64,000 nucleotides of DNA from Candidatus Gottesmanbacteria bacterium UBA6580 (GTDB lineage: Bacteria > Patescibacteriota > Microgenomatia > UBA10105 > UBA927). Both the position numbers and the translations under genes were made by a program. The notes beneath the pieces were generated by a model, which did no database searches, was not told where the DNA came from, and was given only the letters and a program-made list of their open reading frames with translations. The stretch is from positions 447,745-511,744 of the forward strand of contig DJJA01000003.1 in NCBI GenBank assembly GCA_002433895.1. Reading direction: 5' to 3'. This document shows, one piece after another, positions 1-9,952 of this stretch; the first letter of the stretch is position 1; every line of letters starts with the position of its first letter.

Positions 1-1
1 A

Positions 2-358
2 AATACCGAGTGGCGCCGTTCAGAGGAAACCAACCGTCATGGATTGGTTGCGGCAGCAGTCTCACATCTTAATGCGCAGATATTGGAAGACGTAGGAAAT
101 TTACATCCTGCCATCATTGCCGAAACAAACTACCGGTCAGGCGCGCATCATGTGGGATTTGCGAGCGGCATGGAAGTTCCAACCCGCGAAATACAGGGGA
201 GAGCGTTGCCTCAGATGCTTATTCAGAATGTGCGTGTCGGTGATGGACTATCGCCGGACGGCAAAAGAGATTTCACCATGATGCATTTACCAGAGCCGGC
301 AATACAAACCCTCTATGATCCCGCGTCCCGGCGCGTGATCCTGAAAGGAGATATATGA
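2..358 (+). CDS. hypothetical protein, 5' partial (reading frame is open to the window edge; the ORF track starts it at TTG 44)
   Basis: Open frame from position 2 with no upstream stop. The stop overlaps the next start as ATGA. I do not recognise a family from the visible sequence. Confidence 0.4.
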   Translation, partial: NTEWRRSEETNRHGLVAAAVSHLNAQILEDVGNLHPAIIAETNYRSGAHHVGFASGMEVPTREIQGRALPQMLIQNVRVGDGLSPDGKRDFTMMHLPEPAIQTLYDPASRRVILKGDI

Positions 359-1356
359 TCATTGTTTATCCATCACATCATGTGCGTCACCGGCCGCCGT
401 CAGAGATTTTTAATGGCGAAAGTGAGCCGCACGCGGAGGTACCGGAGCGTATCGAGCAAATACACGCGGCGCTACGAGATATGTCAGGGGTGCGGGTAAC
501 GCTTCCGAAACGGTTTCCGCTTTCCTGGATAGAAGCAGTACACGACCGTGCGTATGTTAGTTATGTGGCAGAAGCGGGGAGACTCGCCGGGAGTACCTAT
601 ATGTATCCTTCGGTGTTTCCTTATGCAGGACATGGTGAGGTTTCAAATCCTATTGCATTGCGGGGGCAGTATGCATTTGACTTATATACACCGGTAAGTA
701 GTACCACCTACCAGGCTGCCTGCGGATCCGCGATGGCGGCGCTCACCGCAGCATCACTAGTGCGCCGCGGAGATATCCACGCGTATGCGCTTTGTCGGCC
801 ACCCGGTCATCACGCAGAGCGAAGCCGCATGGGAGGATATTGTTATTTTAACAATGCCGCGATCGCCGCCAATTATTTAAGTCACCGGGGGAAAGTGGTG
901 CTTCTGGATATCGACGTGCATCATGGCAACGGCTCACAGCATATTTTTTATGAGCGCCGTGACGTATTGGTTGTTAATATTCATGCTGACCCGTCGGAAA
1001 AATTCCCTTATTTCAGTGGTTCCGCGCAGGAAACCGGAGTAGGGAAGGGTATTGGATACAATATGAATTTTCCATTAGTGCTCGGTACGACTGATGAAGC
1101 ATATCATCCGGTGTTACAACAGGCGGTACGGCATATTGAGAAATATGCGCCGCAGTATTTAGTGGTTTCTGTAGGTTACGATGCACACATTGACGATCCG
1201 ATTGGAGGGCTCCGTCTGAGCACTGATTATTACCGCCGTATGGCGAGTACCATCGCATCATTGGGGTTGCCTACCGTATTGGTACAGGAAGGGGGGTATA
1301 ATACGGGAAAGCTCGCAACTGTCGCAAAAACATTTGTGAGCGGGTTTATGCAGTAG
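355..1356 (+). CDS. histone deacetylase family protein (acetoin utilization AcuC / acetylpolyamine amidohydrolase-like)
   Basis: Classic HDAC/arginase-fold motifs DIDVHHGNG and GGYCYFNNAAIA, with the PPGHHA pattern. Start overlaps the upstream stop as ATGA. Confidence 0.85.
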   Translation: MIIVYPSHHVRHRPPSEIFNGESEPHAEVPERIEQIHAALRDMSGVRVTLPKRFPLSWIEAVHDRAYVSYVAEAGRLAGSTYMYPSVFPYAGHGEVSNPIALRGQYAFDLYTPVSSTTYQAACGSAMAALTAASLVRRGDIHAYALCRPPGHHAERSRMGGYCYFNNAAIAANYLSHRGKVVLLDIDVHHGNGSQHIFYERRDVLVVNIHADPSEKFPYFSGSAQETGVGKGIGYNMNFPLVLGTTDEAYHPVLQQAVRHIEKYAPQYLVVSVGYDAHIDDPIGGLRLSTDYYRRMASTIASLGLPTVLVQEGGYNTGKLATVAKTFVSGFMQ

Positions 1357-1419
1357 CTGGCAGCTTGGACAACGGGTGATTTATTGTGGAGCGTAAAATA
1401 AGTTAAAATAGGAGGAGTT

Positions 1420-3723
1420 ATGTTTTGGTCAGATCGTATAGCACAGGAAATCATTACATCAGGGGTACACAAGCCGTACTGGGTAGACGATATGTTTACC
1501 CCATCCGGTTTCGCTCATATCGGGTCATTGCGCGGTCCGATTGTCCACGATTTGGTGTATCGCTCACTGATAGATGCAAACGCCAAAACGACATTTACCT
1601 ATGTCTTTAATGATTTTGATCCGGTAGACGGGCTGCCACCTGAGCTGGAACGCATGGCGGGTGAGTTAGGTAAACCGCTTCGTTTGGCAAAATCCCCCGA
1701 AGCCGGATTTACCAGTTTTGCCGAGTATTTCACAAAAGATTTTCAGCGCGTATTGCTTGATTTAGGGATACGGGCGGAGTTCCGTTATTCGTGGGACATG
1801 TATCATGAAGGATTGTTTGACGGAGTAATCCGCGAAGCGCTTGATAACGCGACACGAATTCAGGATATTTATCAGCGGGTCAGTGGAAGTAAAAAACGTG
1901 ATAAGGGATGGTTACCACTGCAGGTGATATGCGAAAAATGCGGCAAATTGGGAACAACCCGTGTACACAACTGGGACGGTGCCACGGTGGAATATACCTG
2001 TGAGCCAAGTATGGTAACCTGGGCAAAAGGGTGCGGATACACCGGGAGAACCAGTCCATTTACCGATAAAGAAAATCCAGCGCATCATCCGGGAAAACTC
2101 CCGTGGAAAGTAGATTGGCCGGCACACTGGAAAGTGCTGGGGGTTACTATCGAAGGCGCGGGTAAAGATCACTCGTCTGCGGGTGGATCACGGGATATCG
2201 CCAAAGAGCTCTGCCGTGAAGTATTTCACATCGATAATCCGTATAATCTTCCCTATGAATTTTTTCTTATCGGGGGCAAAAAAATGTCATCCTCCAAAGG
2301 TTTGGGACTCAAAGGCCGCGATCTTACTAAATTATTGCCGCCTGAAGTTGGCCGGTTTCTTTTTACCCGGACGGATTACCGTCAGGCTATAGAATTTGAT
2401 CCCATGGGTACTATGGCGATCCCGGATTTATTTGATGAATACGACCGGTGTTGGCAGGCGTATATCGACGGGTCGGATGAAAGTCTCGCCAGAGCGTTTG
2501 TGCTTTCGCAGATTACCGCGGTGCCGGAAAAAATCCCCACCTTTTTGCCCAGATTTCGGGATGTTGCGAACTTCGTACAGTTACCCAACGTGGATGTAGT
2601 TTCCAAACTCGAGCAGGTAAAAGGCGCCAAGCTCACCGCAAAAGAAAAAGAAATTATTGCGCTTCGCATGACATACGCGTCTGTCTGGCTTAATAGTTAC
2701 GCGCCTGATGAATACAGATATCAGATATCCCGCAAAACGAAAGATGACTACCAGTTTACTCCCGAACAATGGGCGTTTCTTAACGCACTCGCAGGGTTGT
2801 GGCCGCGGGTAGATGACCCTGAGAAAATGCAGTCAGAACTATTTCTTCTCGCCAAATCTCAGGGGCTAGATACCAAATCCGCATTTAAAGCACTGTATCT
2901 GGTGGTATTGGATAAAGAGCATGGGCCGAGAGCGGGGTGGCTACGCAAACAGTTTCCCGTTGACGTGGTAGTAGAAAGACTAACACTCAACACCCGTAAA
3001 ACCGAAGCGGCACAGAAATCCGCGGTAGCGACTATAGAAAAACCGGATTTTTTTGTGATAGATGCAGCGTTAAAAAAAGCAGTTCCAAGCATCTCGGTGG
3101 GTATAGCGCTTATAAACGGCGTGAACATTCAAAAAACGCACCCGCAGCTGGAGCAGGAAAAACAGGAGTTTCTCGCGGGGCTAAAAGGATTAACTACCGA
3201 GCAACTTAGCACGTATCCCGAGTTAGTAAGTTACCGGAGATTATATAAACAAATGGGTATCGACTGGCATTCGCGGCGTCCATCTCCGGAGGCGTTGTTA
3301 CGGCGGATTGCGGTCGGAAAAGATTTATATACCGTTAATACCTGTGTTGACGCGTACAACCTTATCGTGATGAAGCAACGCATATCCGTGGGCGCTTTTG
3401 ACGCGGACAATGTAGTGTTTCCTACCGTGCTCCGGTACGCAGGCGAGGGGGATGAGATATTGCTTTTAGGTGATAAGGAGCCCACTCAATATACTGCCGG
3501 TGAAATCGCGTATTATGATCGGGTGGGTGGATATAATATCGATTTTAATTACCGTGATGCACAACGTACGATGGTGACAGAGCAAACCAAAAACATCTGG
3601 ATAAATGTGGATGGGGTGCACGATATCACAGCGGAGAGTGTGCAAAAAACGCTGAAAGAATCAGTGGAAATAATAGTGAAATACTGCGGAGGAACCGTAG
3701 TGTTTGAAGGAATTGTCACATGA
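1420..3723 (+). CDS. lysK: class I lysyl-tRNA synthetase with a C-terminal extension of about 250 aa resembling a B3/4 (PheT-type) tRNA-binding/editing domain
   Basis: HIGS-type class I signature (FAHIGSLRGP) and a KMSKS variant (KMSSSKG). The tail carries the B3/4 pattern NTCVDAYNLIVMKQRISVGAFDADNV ... IAYYDRVGGYNIDFNYRD. AGGAGG RBS sits 6 nt upstream. Confidence 0.85.
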   Translation: MFWSDRIAQEIITSGVHKPYWVDDMFTPSGFAHIGSLRGPIVHDLVYRSLIDANAKTTFTYVFNDFDPVDGLPPELERMAGELGKPLRLAKSPEAGFTSFAEYFTKDFQRVLLDLGIRAEFRYSWDMYHEGLFDGVIREALDNATRIQDIYQRVSGSKKRDKGWLPLQVICEKCGKLGTTRVHNWDGATVEYTCEPSMVTWAKGCGYTGRTSPFTDKENPAHHPGKLPWKVDWPAHWKVLGVTIEGAGKDHSSAGGSRDIAKELCREVFHIDNPYNLPYEFFLIGGKKMSSSKGLGLKGRDLTKLLPPEVGRFLFTRTDYRQAIEFDPMGTMAIPDLFDEYDRCWQAYIDGSDESLARAFVLSQITAVPEKIPTFLPRFRDVANFVQLPNVDVVSKLEQVKGAKLTAKEKEIIALRMTYASVWLNSYAPDEYRYQISRKTKDDYQFTPEQWAFLNALAGLWPRVDDPEKMQSELFLLAKSQGLDTKSAFKALYLVVLDKEHGPRAGWLRKQFPVDVVVERLTLNTRKTEAAQKSAVATIEKPDFFVIDAALKKAVPSISVGIALINGVNIQKTHPQLEQEKQEFLAGLKGLTTEQLSTYPELVSYRRLYKQMGIDWHSRRPSPEALLRRIAVGKDLYTVNTCVDAYNLIVMKQRISVGAFDADNVVFPTVLRYAGEGDEILLLGDKEPTQYTAGEIAYYDRVGGYNIDFNYRDAQRTMVTEQTKNIWINVDGVHDITAESVQKTLKESVEIIVKYCGGTVVFEGIVT

Positions 3724-4286
3724 TTACCAAAAATCAGGCAACAGAGTTGCTGCATGAACACACAAAAAACCAAAATCTCCGCCGTCACATGTACGCGGTA
3801 GGTTTCGCAATGCGCGCGCTCGCCGAACGCCTTGGCGGTGACGGCGATATGTGGGAAACGCTGGGGCTTCTCCATGACGCGGATTGGGAAGAAACAAAGG
3901 ACACGCCAAACGAGCACACAAAACACACATTGCGGTGGCTTGCGGATATGGGTGAAACAGACGGACCTATTGTGCACGCGCTTATGTCTCACAACCGCAA
4001 ACATACGGGGCTCGCAGAGCTTGAGGGTAACATGGAGTGGGCGCTCGAAACGGTTGATGAGCTTACGGGTTTTATCGTCGCGGTCGCGTTGATGCGGCCG
4101 GACAAAAAACTGGCAACCGTGGAGTTGTCATCCATCATGAAGAAATGGAAAAACAAAGCGTTTGCTGCAGCCGTCGAGCGGGAACAGATTGCACAGTGCG
4201 AGGAAAAGTTGGGTATACCTCTTCCCGAATTTATTAATCTCACACTAAAAGCCATGCAGGATAACCATGAAGCGCTTGGGTTATAA
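3720..4286 (+). CDS. HD-domain metal-dependent phosphohydrolase
   Basis: HD motif (LLHDADW) and conserved His residues. ATGA-coupled to lysK. Confidence 0.7.
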   Translation: MITKNQATELLHEHTKNQNLRRHMYAVGFAMRALAERLGGDGDMWETLGLLHDADWEETKDTPNEHTKHTLRWLADMGETDGPIVHALMSHNRKHTGLAELEGNMEWALETVDELTGFIVAVALMRPDKKLATVELSSIMKKWKNKAFAAAVEREQIAQCEEKLGIPLPEFINLTLKAMQDNHEALGL

Positions 4287-4901
4287 ATGAAAAAACTTCT
4301 GATCGCCACTACCAATCCCGGAAAGCTAGAAGAAATCCGGCGGTTCCTCGCCGATATGCCACTAGAGCTAGTAAGCCTCAGAGACGTTGGGATTACGGCA
4401 CCAGTTGAGGAAACTGGAGCAACATTTGAAGAGAACGCAGTGTTAAAAGCAAAAACATATGCAGAGGCGTCGGGATTTATAACACTCGCTGACGATGGAG
4501 GGTTTGAAATTGATGCCCTTGGTGGAGAACCGGGGGTGAAGTCTCATCGGTGGGTGCATAGCGATCGGGATAGCACGGATGAAGAACTTATCGCGTATAC
4601 CTTTACCCGTATGAAGGATGTTCCCGAAAAAAAACGTGGCGCGAGGTTGGTCCTGGTGTTAGCGTTGGTGCAGCCGGGTAACCCGGTTGTGACAACCGTT
4701 AAAGAATCTATCCGCGGCATCGTGCCGCTCGAGCCCTCCAAGGTACGGCATGAAGGATTTCCATACCGCTCAATTTTATATTTACCGGAGTTGGGAAAGT
4801 TTTATGATCACGTCAGCTTTACGCCCGAGGAGACGGAGAGGTATAATCATAGAAAGAAAGCGTTGGAAAAATTAAAGCCAATTCTTGCGACGTTATGTTA
4901 G
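4287..4901 (+). CDS. rdgB: non-canonical purine NTP pyrophosphatase (RdgB/Ham1, dITP/XTP pyrophosphatase)
   Basis: N-terminal ATTNPGKLEE motif typical of the Ham1/RdgB family. Confidence 0.85.
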   Translation: MKKLLIATTNPGKLEEIRRFLADMPLELVSLRDVGITAPVEETGATFEENAVLKAKTYAEASGFITLADDGGFEIDALGGEPGVKSHRWVHSDRDSTDEELIAYTFTRMKDVPEKKRGARLVLVLALVQPGNPVVTTVKESIRGIVPLEPSKVRHEGFPYRSILYLPELGKFYDHVSFTPEETERYNHRKKALEKLKPILATLC

Positions 4902-6139
4902 ATATTAAGTTTATCCGGGACAATCTTGAGTTATGTAAAACCGCGGCGATCAATAAAAACCGCGTGGTGGACTGGGACACCCTGCTTACGCTTGACGATA
5001 CCCGCAAGGCGTTAATCCAGAAAACTGAAGTGCTGCGAGCCGAGAGAAACACCATAAGCCGTGAGCGGTCAGATGAAGGAGTAAAGCGCGGTAAGGCAAT
5101 CAAAGACGAACTAAAAAAACTTGAAGACGAATTGCGGAGCACTGAGGAGCAGTTTTCTCTCGCGATGCTTACGGTGCCGAATGTCCCCGACCCAAGTGTA
5201 CCCGTGGGCAAAGATGAAACGGGAAATGTGGAGATCAAAAAATGGGGTGAACCGACTGCGTTTGATTTTACACCCAAAGATCATATTGATTTAGCAAAAT
5301 CCCTCGATCTTATCGATTTTGAACGGGGAGCAAAGGTGGGTGGTTCACGGGCATATTTTTTGAAAAATGAAGCCGCGCAAATAGAAGTGGCACTTATGTT
5401 TTATACGCTGCAGAAGTTAGTGGCCAAAGGATACACGCCGCTTATCGCGCCCAGCTTAGTAAAGGAATTTACATTTGTCGGTAACGGCCAGTTTCCGTGG
5501 GGAAGAGAAGAGGTTTATAGCATCCCCAAAGATGATGTGTTTTTGGCGGGCACTGCTGAGGTGCCGGTGACCGCGTACTATAGCGATGAGATGCTGTACG
5601 AAAAAGATTTGCCCAAGAAATTTGTGGCTTACTCTCCATGTTTCCGCCGTGAAGCGGGAAGCTATGGAAAGGATACGAGAGGGGTTTACCGGTTGCATCA
5701 ATTTAACAAAATTGAACAAGTTATTATCTCGGATGCGGAAACGAGTACATCACTTACTCTACATGAAGAGTTGTTGGCAAACAGTGAAGAAATTCTGCAG
5801 GATCTGAAACTTCCATACCGCGTGCTTCTTATGTGTACCGGTGATATGGGTGAACCGCAGGTAAAAAAATATGACATAGAGACATGGATGCCCGGGCGAA
5901 ACGGCTACGGAGAAACGATGTCGAATTCATTTATGGGGGATTTTCAGTCCAGACGTCTCAAAATCCGGTACAAAGGGAAAGACGGCAATATAAAGTTTTG
6001 CCATACCCTCAATAATACCGCCGTCGCGAGTCCGCGAATTTTAGTGGCGATATTTGAAAACTACCAGCAATCAGACGGGTCTATACGTATTCCTGACGTG
6101 CTCCAACCATTTGTGGGCAAAAAAGAGATACGAAGATGA
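4895..6139 (+). CDS. serS: seryl-tRNA synthetase
   Basis: N-terminus MLDIKFIRDN, a coiled-coil arm and class II catalytic core motifs. 414 aa. Confidence 0.92.
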   Translation: MLDIKFIRDNLELCKTAAINKNRVVDWDTLLTLDDTRKALIQKTEVLRAERNTISRERSDEGVKRGKAIKDELKKLEDELRSTEEQFSLAMLTVPNVPDPSVPVGKDETGNVEIKKWGEPTAFDFTPKDHIDLAKSLDLIDFERGAKVGGSRAYFLKNEAAQIEVALMFYTLQKLVAKGYTPLIAPSLVKEFTFVGNGQFPWGREEVYSIPKDDVFLAGTAEVPVTAYYSDEMLYEKDLPKKFVAYSPCFRREAGSYGKDTRGVYRLHQFNKIEQVIISDAETSTSLTLHEELLANSEEILQDLKLPYRVLLMCTGDMGEPQVKKYDIETWMPGRNGYGETMSNSFMGDFQSRRLKIRYKGKDGNIKFCHTLNNTAVASPRILVAIFENYQQSDGSIRIPDVLQPFVGKKEIRR

Positions 6140-6777
6140 GTTGGCTTTCTTATATTTTCCCCCAAACTGTCGCGGAATTATCATCGCCATACAACCGTTC
6201 TATCCGGATAAATGAAGAAAAGGGGAGGTACAAGCTTCTGGTAAACGGCGCGCGTGAGTCGGGTGCGTATATAGAAGATTTATGGAGATATGCGTTCACG
6301 CACCTTCAATTCCCCGGTAAGAGAAAGATACGAAATATTTTAGTATTGGGAACCGCTGGGGGTACGGTCATTCATGTATTACATGAGTTGTTTCCAAGTT
6401 CTCGAATAACAGGGGTGGATATTGATGCGGTAATGATCAGTGTGGGGGAAACATATTTTGGATTAGCTGAAGTACCTGGTTTACGGCTTATTTGTAATGA
6501 CGCCAATGTATTTGTAAAGGACTATACCGGTAGCAAATTTGATCTTGTGGTCACTGATATTTTTGTCGGTCCTGATATACCGGATTTTGTGGTGACTCCT
6601 GTTTTTCAGCAGCGGGTAAAAAACATATTGCGTAAAAACGGTCTGACAATCATCAATTATCTCCGGCAGCCAGGCTACGAAAAGAAGGCACCGAAGCTTT
6701 TTGCGGTACTATCGTCACTGTATACAAAGGTGAGTTCAGTTGACCGCAATAACAATCGTTTTTTCCTCGCGCAGTAG
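6136..6777 (+). CDS. spermidine synthase-like / class I SAM-dependent methyltransferase-fold protein (short form)
   Basis: VLGTAGG Rossmann motif, an aspartate after the beta-2 strand (GVDID), and DLVVTDIF, matching the polyamine aminopropyltransferase fold. ATGA-coupled to serS. Confidence 0.6.
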   Translation: MSWLSYIFPQTVAELSSPYNRSIRINEEKGRYKLLVNGARESGAYIEDLWRYAFTHLQFPGKRKIRNILVLGTAGGTVIHVLHELFPSSRITGVDIDAVMISVGETYFGLAEVPGLRLICNDANVFVKDYTGSKFDLVVTDIFVGPDIPDFVVTPVFQQRVKNILRKNGLTIINYLRQPGYEKKAPKLFAVLSSLYTKVSSVDRNNNRFFLAQ

Positions 6778-6802
6778 CCATGGATTGTGCTAAAATTGGA
6801 TA

Positions 6803-9538
6803 ATGTTTAAGTTCCTCGGAAAACTTCTTGATAGCAATGAAAAAGAGATCGGTAGACTTCGCGCGCTGGTAGAGCATATTAACGCGCTTGAGCCGGAGAT
6901 AAAAAAAACGAAAGACACCGGATTTGCCAAAAAAACCGCAGAATTTAAAGAACGCCTGAAAGGCGGTCAGACGCTGGATGATCTCTTGCCGGAGGCATAC
7001 GCACTGGTACGTGAAGCAGCGCGGCGCACAATCGGCGAGCGGCATTATGATGTGCAGCTTATGGCCGCTGCCGTTTTGCACCAGGGCAAAGTCGCGGAGC
7101 AAAAAACAGGAGAAGGAAAAACATTGTCAGCCACCCCCGCTTTGTATTTAAACGCGCTTACCGGTAGAGGCGTGCACCTAGTCACCGTCAACGATTATTT
7201 GGCACGGCGGGACGCGGGCTGGATGGGCCAGATATATCATCTGTTAGGGTTGTCTGTTTCAGCGATGATCAGCGAGCAATCGTTTTTGTACGACCCTGAA
7301 TACAATGATCCCATGGCTTCTGACTGGCGGCTGCAACATTTAAAACCGGTAAGCCGAAAAGAAGCGTATGCCGCGGATATCACCTACGGCATAAATTCCG
7401 AATTCGGATTTGATTATCTTCGCGACAACATGGTGAGTGACATGAGCCAGTTGGTGCAGCGGGATTATCACTATGCAATCATCGACGAGGTAGATTCTAT
7501 TCTTATCGATGAGGCGCGGACACCACACATTATATCTGCTCCAGCCGCCGAAGCCACGAGTAAATATTACGATTACGCAAAGATGGTAGACAAGCTGACC
7601 GGCGAAACCGACTACGTCATCGACGAAAAACTCCGTACCGCCCATCTTACCGACCACGGCATACTCAAGGTCGAAAAAATGCTGGGACTTGGTAATATCT
7701 ATGAAACGAGCTTCGAAACCGTTCATCATATAGAAGCAGCGCTCAAAGCGCGCGCGCTGTTTCACCGCGAAAAAGAATACATCGTCAAAGACGGTCAGGT
7801 GGTGATCGTCGATGAGTTTACCGGGAGATTGCTTACTGGCCGGCGGTTTAGTGAAGGCATTCATCAGGCGATAGAAGCCAAAGAAGGGGTAGCGATACAG
7901 CAGGAAAGTAAGACGCTCGCGACCGTCAGTTTACAGAATTATTTCAGAATGTACGAAAAGCTTGCCGGTATGACGGGTACCGCGTCCACGGAGGCTGAGG
8001 AGTTTAAGAAAATATATAACCTGGATGTTGTTGTTATGCCAACGCACAAAGCACAGGTGCGCGAAGACTTTTCTGACATGGTCTATAAAACGACCAGAGC
8101 CAAGTATACCGCGGTGGTAAACGACATTATCGAGCACCATAAGAAAGGACAGCCGGTGCTGGTGGGCACGACATCTATTGATAAAAATGACGTTATTAGT
8201 GAGGCACTGAAACGAAAAGGTATTCCCCACGCTGTGCTGAACGCGAAAAATCATCTGAAAGAAGCCATGATTATTTCAGACGCAGGTAAATTGGGCGCCG
8301 TGACCGTCGCTACCAATATGGCGGGGCGGGGAGTCGATATTATATTGGGCGGACCCAAAAAAGAAAAATGGGAATACGACAACGAGAAAGAATGGGAAAA
8401 AGATCTGGCGGCATGGAAAAAAAGCCATGATGAGGTGCTTGCAGTCGGCGGACTTTATGTTATCGGCACAGAGCGGCATGAATCACGCCGGATAGACAAT
8501 CAGTTGCGCGGCCGAAGTGGCAGGCAGGGTGATCCGGGAGCGAGTAGGTTTTATGTATCACTCGAAGACGACATCATGCGGCTTTTCGGCGGTGATCAGG
8601 TATCCCGCCTTATGGATGTGTTTAAACTACCTGAAGATGTGCCACTGGAGCACCCGATGGTGTCGCGCGCGTTGGAGCAGGCACAGGTGAAAGTAGAAGG
8701 ATTTCATTTTGATAACCGGAAGCATCTCGTGGAGTATGACGATGTATTAAATAAACACCGGGAGATAGTGTATCGGAGGCGCCGAAAAATCCTGGAAGGG
8801 GAAAGTCAAAAAGAAGCGATACTCCAGAAGATTGGCAACGAGATAGCAAACTTCGTAAACGTGTTTAGTAGTGATGCAGGTAACATTGACCGGCAAAAAA
8901 TCGCTTCAGAATTTACGGCCATCATCCCATTTGATCCGGCAAGCGTTGAACAGCTCCTTAAGCAGCTTCAGCAACTGCATACAGCCGAAGACATTACCGA
9001 GTTCCTCACCAAAATTGCGGGGGATGTATACGCACAGCGGGAGAAACAACTTTCGGAAGAGGTGATGCGTCAGGTGGAGCGTTGGGTGAGCTTGCAGGTG
9101 ATTGATAATTTGTGGATGGATCATCTGGATGCAATCGACGATTTACGGGAAGGTATAGGGCTTCGGGGATATGGACAGCGCGATCCGCTTATTGAATATA
9201 AGAATGAGGCATTTTCCATGTTTGAACGGTTACTTGGTGGCATTGATACGGAAATTGCGCACCGCATTTTTAAAGTACAGGTGCAACTTTCGCCAAATCA
9301 GCAGGCCGGCCAGCAACTCAACCAAACCGCAGTAAATGCCCCGGTTGCGAGCGCGCTGGAATCGCCGTTAGCGCAAGCGGCAAAACGCATGCAGACTAAC
9401 GCGCAGTCTTCTGCAGTGTCACAAGTGCCAAAGGTATCCGCTGATGCCAAGATAGGGCGCAATGATCCGTGTCCCTGTGGTTCTGGATTGAAATATAAAA
9501 AATGCGGACTCATCAACGCGCCGCAACATAAGAAATAA
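6803..9538 (+). CDS. secA: preprotein translocase ATPase SecA
   Basis: N-terminus and DEAD-like motor motifs. C-terminal zinc-binding tail CPCGSGLKYKKC. 911 aa. Confidence 0.95.
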   Translation: MFKFLGKLLDSNEKEIGRLRALVEHINALEPEIKKTKDTGFAKKTAEFKERLKGGQTLDDLLPEAYALVREAARRTIGERHYDVQLMAAAVLHQGKVAEQKTGEGKTLSATPALYLNALTGRGVHLVTVNDYLARRDAGWMGQIYHLLGLSVSAMISEQSFLYDPEYNDPMASDWRLQHLKPVSRKEAYAADITYGINSEFGFDYLRDNMVSDMSQLVQRDYHYAIIDEVDSILIDEARTPHIISAPAAEATSKYYDYAKMVDKLTGETDYVIDEKLRTAHLTDHGILKVEKMLGLGNIYETSFETVHHIEAALKARALFHREKEYIVKDGQVVIVDEFTGRLLTGRRFSEGIHQAIEAKEGVAIQQESKTLATVSLQNYFRMYEKLAGMTGTASTEAEEFKKIYNLDVVVMPTHKAQVREDFSDMVYKTTRAKYTAVVNDIIEHHKKGQPVLVGTTSIDKNDVISEALKRKGIPHAVLNAKNHLKEAMIISDAGKLGAVTVATNMAGRGVDIILGGPKKEKWEYDNEKEWEKDLAAWKKSHDEVLAVGGLYVIGTERHESRRIDNQLRGRSGRQGDPGASRFYVSLEDDIMRLFGGDQVSRLMDVFKLPEDVPLEHPMVSRALEQAQVKVEGFHFDNRKHLVEYDDVLNKHREIVYRRRRKILEGESQKEAILQKIGNEIANFVNVFSSDAGNIDRQKIASEFTAIIPFDPASVEQLLKQLQQLHTAEDITEFLTKIAGDVYAQREKQLSEEVMRQVERWVSLQVIDNLWMDHLDAIDDLREGIGLRGYGQRDPLIEYKNEAFSMFERLLGGIDTEIAHRIFKVQVQLSPNQQAGQQLNQTAVNAPVASALESPLAQAAKRMQTNAQSSAVSQVPKVSADAKIGRNDPCPCGSGLKYKKCGLINAPQHKK

Positions 9539-9553
9539 ACGAGGAGGAAGGGT

Positions 9554-9952
9554 ATGTTTATAAAACTATACGCGATTGCCATTTCAGTTTTTATCGCAAT
9601 CGACATGGTATGGCTAGGGCTTGTCGCGAAAAATTTTTATAGCAAACATCTGGGGTCTCTGATGGCCAAAGAGGTAAACTGGCCTGCGGCTCTTATTTTT
9701 TATCTTCTTTTTATAGCCGGTTTGGTATTTTTTGTTATTACACCATCGTTGGAAAAAAGATTGTGGAGCCAAGCGTTGCTCACCGGCATGTTTTTTGGGC
9801 TTATTACCTACGCAACATATGACCTTACTAACCTCGCGACATTAAAAAACTGGCCGGTGATCGTGACCGTGGTGGATTTGTTGTGGGGTATGGTGTTATC
9901 AGGCACCGTGTCGGTGGTAAGCTTTTTTGTCGCGAAGAAACTGGGTGTATGA
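9554..9952 (+). CDS. DUF2177-like small integral membrane protein
   Basis: 132 aa with 4 predicted TM helices. GAGGAGG RBS sits upstream. Confidence 0.6.
   Translation: MFIKLYAIAISVFIAIDMVWLGLVAKNFYSKHLGSLMAKEVNWPAALIFYLLFIAGLVFFVITPSLEKRLWSQALLTGMFFGLITYATYDLTNLATLKNWPVIVTVVDLLWGMVLSGTVSVVSFFVAKKLGV

Noticed and set aside
7340-7864. 174-aa minus-strand ORF inside secA
   Set aside because: Antisense to a conserved SecA motor domain. No independent support.
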